Shown: in pieces, positions 27,710 to 28,734 of the stretch
Layout: each line of letters opens with the position of its first letter
Position numbering within the stretch: the stretch's first letter is position 1
Assembly (NCBI GenBank): GCA_051439605.1
Contig: JBFRWN010000121.1
Coordinates: forward strand, 1-28,734
Length of the DNA: 28,734 nt
From: Synechococcus sp.
GTDB lineage: Bacteria > Cyanobacteriota > Cyanobacteriia > Thermostichales > PCC-7336
Direction of reading: 5' to 3'
Translations under genes and position numbers: made by a program
Notes under the pieces: generated by a model
The model's database searches: none
Told to the model about the DNA's origin: nothing
What the model saw: only the letters and a program-made list of their open reading frames with translations

Positions 27710-28734
27710 GTGAGCGCTTCTAAACCATTGGTTGGACAATCTGCTGCAGACTTGACTGAATGGGTGGTGGAACGGGGACAGCCGGCATTTCGCGGTAAGC
27801 AGCTGCACCAATGGATTTACAAGAGGGGAGTGCGATCGCTGTCGGATATTACCGTGTTTTCCAAAGCGTGGCGGGAGCAGTTGCAGGACTACCCGGTGGG
27901 GAGAGCGGAGATAACGTACCGCTCTGAGGCCAAGGATGGCACGGTGAAATTCCTGCTGGAATTAGAGGATGGAGAAGCCATCGAGACGGTAGGGATTCCT
28001 ACCCGCGATCGCCTGACGGTCTGCGTGTCTTCTCAAGTGGGTTGTGCGATGGCCTGCGATTTTTGCGCCACGGGCAAGGGGGGGCTGAAGCGGAATCTGG
28101 CGGTGTACGAGATTGTCGATCAGGTCTTAACGGTGCAGCAGGAGATGGATCGCCGCGTCAGCAATATTGTGTTTATGGGCATGGGGGAACCGCTACAAAA
28201 CTTGCCTAACGTGATTGAATCGCTGCGATGTTTGAACGAAGACATTGGTATCGGGCAGCGGCACATCACCGTCTCGACCGTGGGGATTCCCAATCAAATT
28301 CGGCGGTTTGCGCAGCACAAGTTGCAGGTAACGCTGGCGGTCAGCTTGCACGCCCCCAACCAAGAGCTGCGCCACCAGCTGATTCCCTCCGCTGACCAAT
28401 ATCCCATTCAGGATTTGATTGATGACTGTCGCAGCTATGTGGACACAACGGGACGGAGGGTGAGCTTCGAGTACATCCTGCTGGGGGGAGTCAACGATCG
28501 TCTCATCCATGCGGATCAATTGGCGGATTTGGTGGGAGGGTTCCAGTCCCACGTGAATGTGTTGCTGTACAATCCCATTTCCGATGCGGATTACAAGCGT
28601 CCCGATAGCGATCGCGTGGAGCGGTTTATCAATCGCCTCAAACAGCGACGGGTGGCCGCCAGCGTTCGTCGTTCGCGCGGTTTGGATGCGGATGCGGCTT
28701 GCGGACAGCTACGGCGGCGCAAGTTACAAATGGC
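27710..28734 (+). CDS. rlmN: 23S rRNA m2A2503 / tRNA methyltransferase RlmN, runs off window end
   Basis: Translated by hand from GTG 27710: ...[20 protein letters not shown]...VFMGMGEP...SLHAP...DAACGQL. No stop within the window, so absent from the ORF track. Confidence 0.96.
   Translation, partial: MSASKPLVGQSAADLTEWVVERGQPAFRGKQLHQWIYKRGVRSLSDITVFSKAWREQLQDYPVGRAEITYRSEAKDGTVKFLLELEDGEAIETVGIPTRDRLTVCVSSQVGCAMACDFCATGKGGLKRNLAVYEIVDQVLTVQQEMDRRVSNIVFMGMGEPLQNLPNVIESLRCLNEDIGIGQRHITVSTVGIPNQIRRFAQHKLQVTLAVSLHAPNQELRHQLIPSADQYPIQDLIDDCRSYVDTTGRRVSFEYILLGGVNDRLIHADQLADLVGGFQSHVNVLLYNPISDADYKRPDSDRVERFINRLKQRRVAASVRRSRGLDADAACGQLRRRKLQM

Larger units (their letters stand above)
345..28616. 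repeat. HIP1 highly iterated palindrome (GCGATCGC), dispersed
   Basis: Several dozen copies seen by eye, e.g. 841, 16690, 16724, 19014, 19041, far above random expectation for an 8-mer in 29 kb. Confidence 0.9.

Overview
Cyanobacterial chromosomal window, judged from abundant HIP1 GCGATCGC octamers and photosynthesis/carboxysome genes. It is mostly conserved housekeeping genes: 3' end of a stand-alone psbD, a CrtH/CrtISO-like oxidoreductase, sqdX, a PIN/TRAM protein, hemW, rpsN, a GAF histidine kinase, ccmP, an LCP protein, an NDP-sugar pyrophosphorylase, pyrF and rlmN. A short decayed patch lies at about 12.7-13.4 kb. Two things stand out. (1) An atypical 'rogue' D1 (psbA) lacks several Mn4CaO5 ligands and has some ChlF-like segments. 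(2) Convergent on it are five co-oriented minus-strand genes (16791-19839), all encoding small signal-peptide-bearing proteins. Three have duplicated Q/N-rich alternating-pattern repeats separated by Arg-rich linkers, one is a Ser-linker plus beta-sandwich protein, and one is an extremely Arg-rich tandem-repeat protein. This cluster is the best candidate for an undescribed system: a curli/Fap-like secreted functional-amyloid (cross-beta fibre) locus. That call is inference from sequence pattern; no database search was possible.
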